Shown: positions 30,801 through 32,000 of the stretch, one piece after another | How positions within the stretch are numbered: position 1 is the first letter of the stretch | Layout of the letters: the number at the start of each line of letters is the position of its first letter | Assembly: GCF_000014265.1 (NCBI RefSeq) | Contig: NC_008312.1 | Coordinates: 390,001-422,000, forward strand | DNA: 32,000 nt | Direction of reading: 5' to 3' | Origin: Trichodesmium erythraeum IMS101 | Lineage (GTDB): Bacteria; Cyanobacteriota; Cyanobacteriia; Cyanobacteriales; Microcoleaceae | The notes under the pieces: generated by a model | The model's database searches: none | Seen by the model: only the letters and a program-made list of their open reading frames with translations | What the model was told of the DNA's origin: nothing | Made by a program: the position numbers and the translations under genes

Positions 30801-30950
30801 GTCAGATGGAATAGTCAAACCAAGTGGTCAAATACTATTGGTTTACATGAAGCAATAGAAGTTCCAGAAGACTTACAACAAGATCCAGAATTTGCCGCAG
30901 CAGTTGCTGAGTCGGAAGCAGCAAGTCAAGAACAACAGTACATTTTTTGA
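27849..30950 (+). CDS. STAND-class NACHT NTPase with uncharacterised helical N-terminal module and C-terminal pentapeptide-repeat domain
   Basis: The Walker A motif is GGPGRGKS (~28808-28831). The Walker B motif is [11 protein letters not shown] (~29014-29046), followed by VLITGRP. A helical region of about 350 aa comes next. Then 30 consecutive A(D/N/K/G/Y)LXX pentapeptides span 30351-30800. I placed the start at ATG 27849 (MAVKLLDD). The track ORF begins at TTG 27831. Confidence 0.85.
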   Translation: MAVKLLDDFSKSLGLETVNGGANLVKALFKLAETLEKYKDTQELKSAIEKINIESLLDALNSPLGSVVRDSVPFLPIATGIISYIVKQSRQEPTLEDEVQLLVQVAFLESFRQFFVEHPEIKEQFTDTEASEDVKKQIKKLGKDGFNRQDAKDTLICFYDSPLREKFDNVVLARLKESGLDEKTAKIVTERISRSTHRYMKEAVSEVKDDAKKLAGIYGYGWQQDLEVYGSVDGYLKNKVARLPEEKVFDESFSFQDIYVPLEVESVSDGEVDKNAESQNIEKWAKTILLPQHFDENFDENSRKNNEEKDKKDKQVLFIQGGPGRGKSVFCRMFADWVRRELHPIYTPILIRLRDVKNFAANIDQTLADAVNYDFVKIDGGWLTDRNTRFLFLLDGFDELLLERGASSELKVFLDQVAQFQKQAAENKERGHRVLITGRPLALYGIERLMPPNLERVSILPMDDDIQGQWFEKWRTVVGDEETEKFGEFLRSEQCPEQVNELAREPLLLYLLASMHRGGKLKVEMFANTDVGETKVLIYEQALEWVLEKQRVEEGKNINLEITKLEPEDLEVLLTEAGLCVVQSGGEYAAIEMIEERLVKKGDKELKRLIENAREDKREDGLKNALAAFYLKSATGAENSVEFFHKSFGEFLCAKRMAESLEYFTQKTKKGRKFSYSVSDEELVWQVYDLFGYGGLTVEVVEYLMALLVKSEAKLVVLFERLHEFYLDWCDGKFIEATEETLPQKKARELQQWRIKSGQRQVDIYTGLNVIILLFELDRYGQSQEELREQLRFYPCGQHGSENFEALKLLTIIGYSQCLGVGAFWETVGQFLSGADLRYADLSGAYLIVANLRYADLSGAYLISADLSGAYLIGANLIGADLSRADLRYADLSGANLSDAKLSGANLSDAKLSGAGLSGADLRYADLSGADLSRAKLSDAGLSGANLSVAGLSGADLRYADLSGADLRYADLSGADLSDANLSNVRWNSQTKWSNTIGLHEAIEVPEDLQQDPEFAAAVAESEAASQEQQYIF
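30351..30800 (+). repeat. Intragenic 15-nt (pentapeptide) repeat tract with 30-nt and 105-nt higher-order units
   Basis: There are 30 uninterrupted 15-nt units. The 30-31-nt block GCC(G/A)ACCTCAGATATGCCGACCTCAGTGGTGC recurs at 30351, 30396, 30501, 30606, 30711 and 30741. Four of these starts are spaced exactly 105 nt apart. The tract is stop-free in several frames on both strands, which produces four spurious track ORFs. Confidence 0.95.
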
Positions 30951-31140
30951 TAGTGAAAGACTCCTTCATTCATTCTGGATCTAAACTTGAAGTTTGAGAG
31001 ATAGTCAGTTTGTAGGTTGGTTTGACCCCAGGAAACCCAACTAAAATTTGGGGGTGTTGGGTTTCCCCAGCTCAACCTAGGGAACAGGAAAAAAAACTGG
31101 AAAATTCTGAGTGATAACAACATCCGATGAACAAAAAACT

Positions 31141-32000
31141 GGTGTTGGGTTGTGCTGGGTTTCGCCGGCTTAAGCTTACCTACGGGAGTGGGAGCTTTCA
31201 GTAAAGAGCTGGGAAGTTATGAGCGATCGCTACTTGGGAAAATTTTACCCCCAAATATATCTGTTGGGTTGTGTTGGGTTGGGCGGGCTTAAGCTTACCT
31301 ACGGGAGGGGGAGCTTTCAGTAAAGAGCTGGGAAGTTATGAGCGATCGCTACTTGGGAAAATTTTACCCCCAAATATATCTGTTGGGTTGTGTTGGGTTG
31401 GGCGGGCTCAAGCTTACCTACGGGAGGGGGAGCTTTCAGTAAAGAGCTGGGAAGTTATGAGCGATCGCTACTTGGGAAAATTTTACCCCCAAATATATCT
31501 GTTGGCTTGTGTTGGGTTGGGCGGGCTTAAGCTTACCTACGGGAGGGGGAGCTTTCAGTAAAGAGTTGGGAAGTTATGAGCGATCGCTACTTGGGAAAAT
31601 TTTACCCCCAAATATATCTGTTGGGTTGTGTTGGGTTTCGCCGGCTTAAGCTTACCTACGGGAGGGGGAGCTTTCAGTAAAGAGCTGGGAAGTTATGAGC
31701 GATCGCTACTTGGGAAAATTTTACCCCCAAATATATCTGTTGGGTTGTGTTGGGTTTCGCCGGCTTAAGCTTACCTACGGGAGGGGGAGCTTTCAGTAAA
31801 AAGCTGGGAAGTTATGAGCGATCGCTACTTGGGAAAATTTTACCCCCAAATATATCTGTTGGGTTGTGTTGGGTTTCGCCGGCTTAAGCTTACCTACGGG
31901 AGGGGGAGCTTTCAGTAAAAAGCTGGGAAGTTATGAGCGATCGCTACTTGGGAAAATTTTACCCCCAAATATATCTGTTGGCTTGTGTTGGGTTGGGCGG
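31141..32000. repeat. Exact 119-bp tandem repeat array, 7 full units plus a partial one, truncated by the window end
   Basis: The unit-start motif GTTGG(G/C)TTGTG occurs at 31144, 31263, 31382, 31501, 31620, 31739, 31858 and 31977, a spacing of 119 every time. The units are near-identical and each contains the HIP1 site GCGATCGC. A diverged partial copy lies at ~31040-31085. Confidence 0.95.

Noticed and set aside
30299-30858. Four overlapping track ORFs on both strands inside the pentapeptide tract (30299-30535 +, 30484-30858 +, 30342-30818 -, 30458-30790 -)
   Set aside because: They are by-products of a stop-free 15-nt repeat. Their products are monotonous low-complexity strings (VGTTE..., LRSAP..., CRPQ...). 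They lie entirely within the in-frame NACHT/pentapeptide CDS.
31271-31561. 96-aa ORF running through the 119-bp tandem array
   Set aside because: The repeat period is not a multiple of 3, so the ORF simply reads successive units in rotating frames until the TAA of CAGTAAAG comes into frame. It has no start context and no protein-like composition.
31141-32000. CRISPR array interpretation of the terminal repeats
   Set aside because: The whole 119-bp unit is conserved, with no alternation of conserved repeats and unique spacers. No cas genes are in the window. The unit length is far outside CRISPR repeat-plus-spacer behaviour.

Overview
AT-rich cyanobacterial chromosome. The HIP1 octamer GCGATCGC recurs throughout (e.g. 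6179-6186, 15599-15606, 26357-26364, and once per unit of the terminal repeat array). Low coding density and many decayed genes suggest a Trichodesmium-like filamentous genome, but that is inference only. The conserved backbone on the minus strand is rplS, tRNA-Trp, secE, nusG, rplK, rplA, rplJ, rplL (22852 down to 17544). On the plus strand there is an orphan groEL with a near-perfect CIRCE operator, an isoaspartyl peptidase, a LysM-M23 peptidase, and a coiled-coil/EamA transporter fusion. Other minus-strand genes are a THUMP RNA methyltransferase and a GT39-like membrane glycosyltransferase. Between these lie decay zones: a roughly 2.4-kb CHAT-domain pseudogene, relics of IS630, IS1, IS5 and DDE_Tnp_4 transposases, and a methyltransferase pseudogene. 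There is also a phage-like RusA resolvase fused to a DUF3102-like N-terminus. The most interesting region is the 3' end. It holds a 1033-aa STAND/NACHT NTPase with an uncharacterised helical N-terminal module and 30 uninterrupted pentapeptide repeats (27849-30950). About 190 bp downstream starts an exact 119-bp tandem array of at least 7 copies that runs off the window (31141-32000+). The rplA-rplJ spacer is also unusual: 1.08 kb, ORF-free, with an internal terminator-like hairpin. All calls come from reading and translating the sequence by eye. No database search was run.
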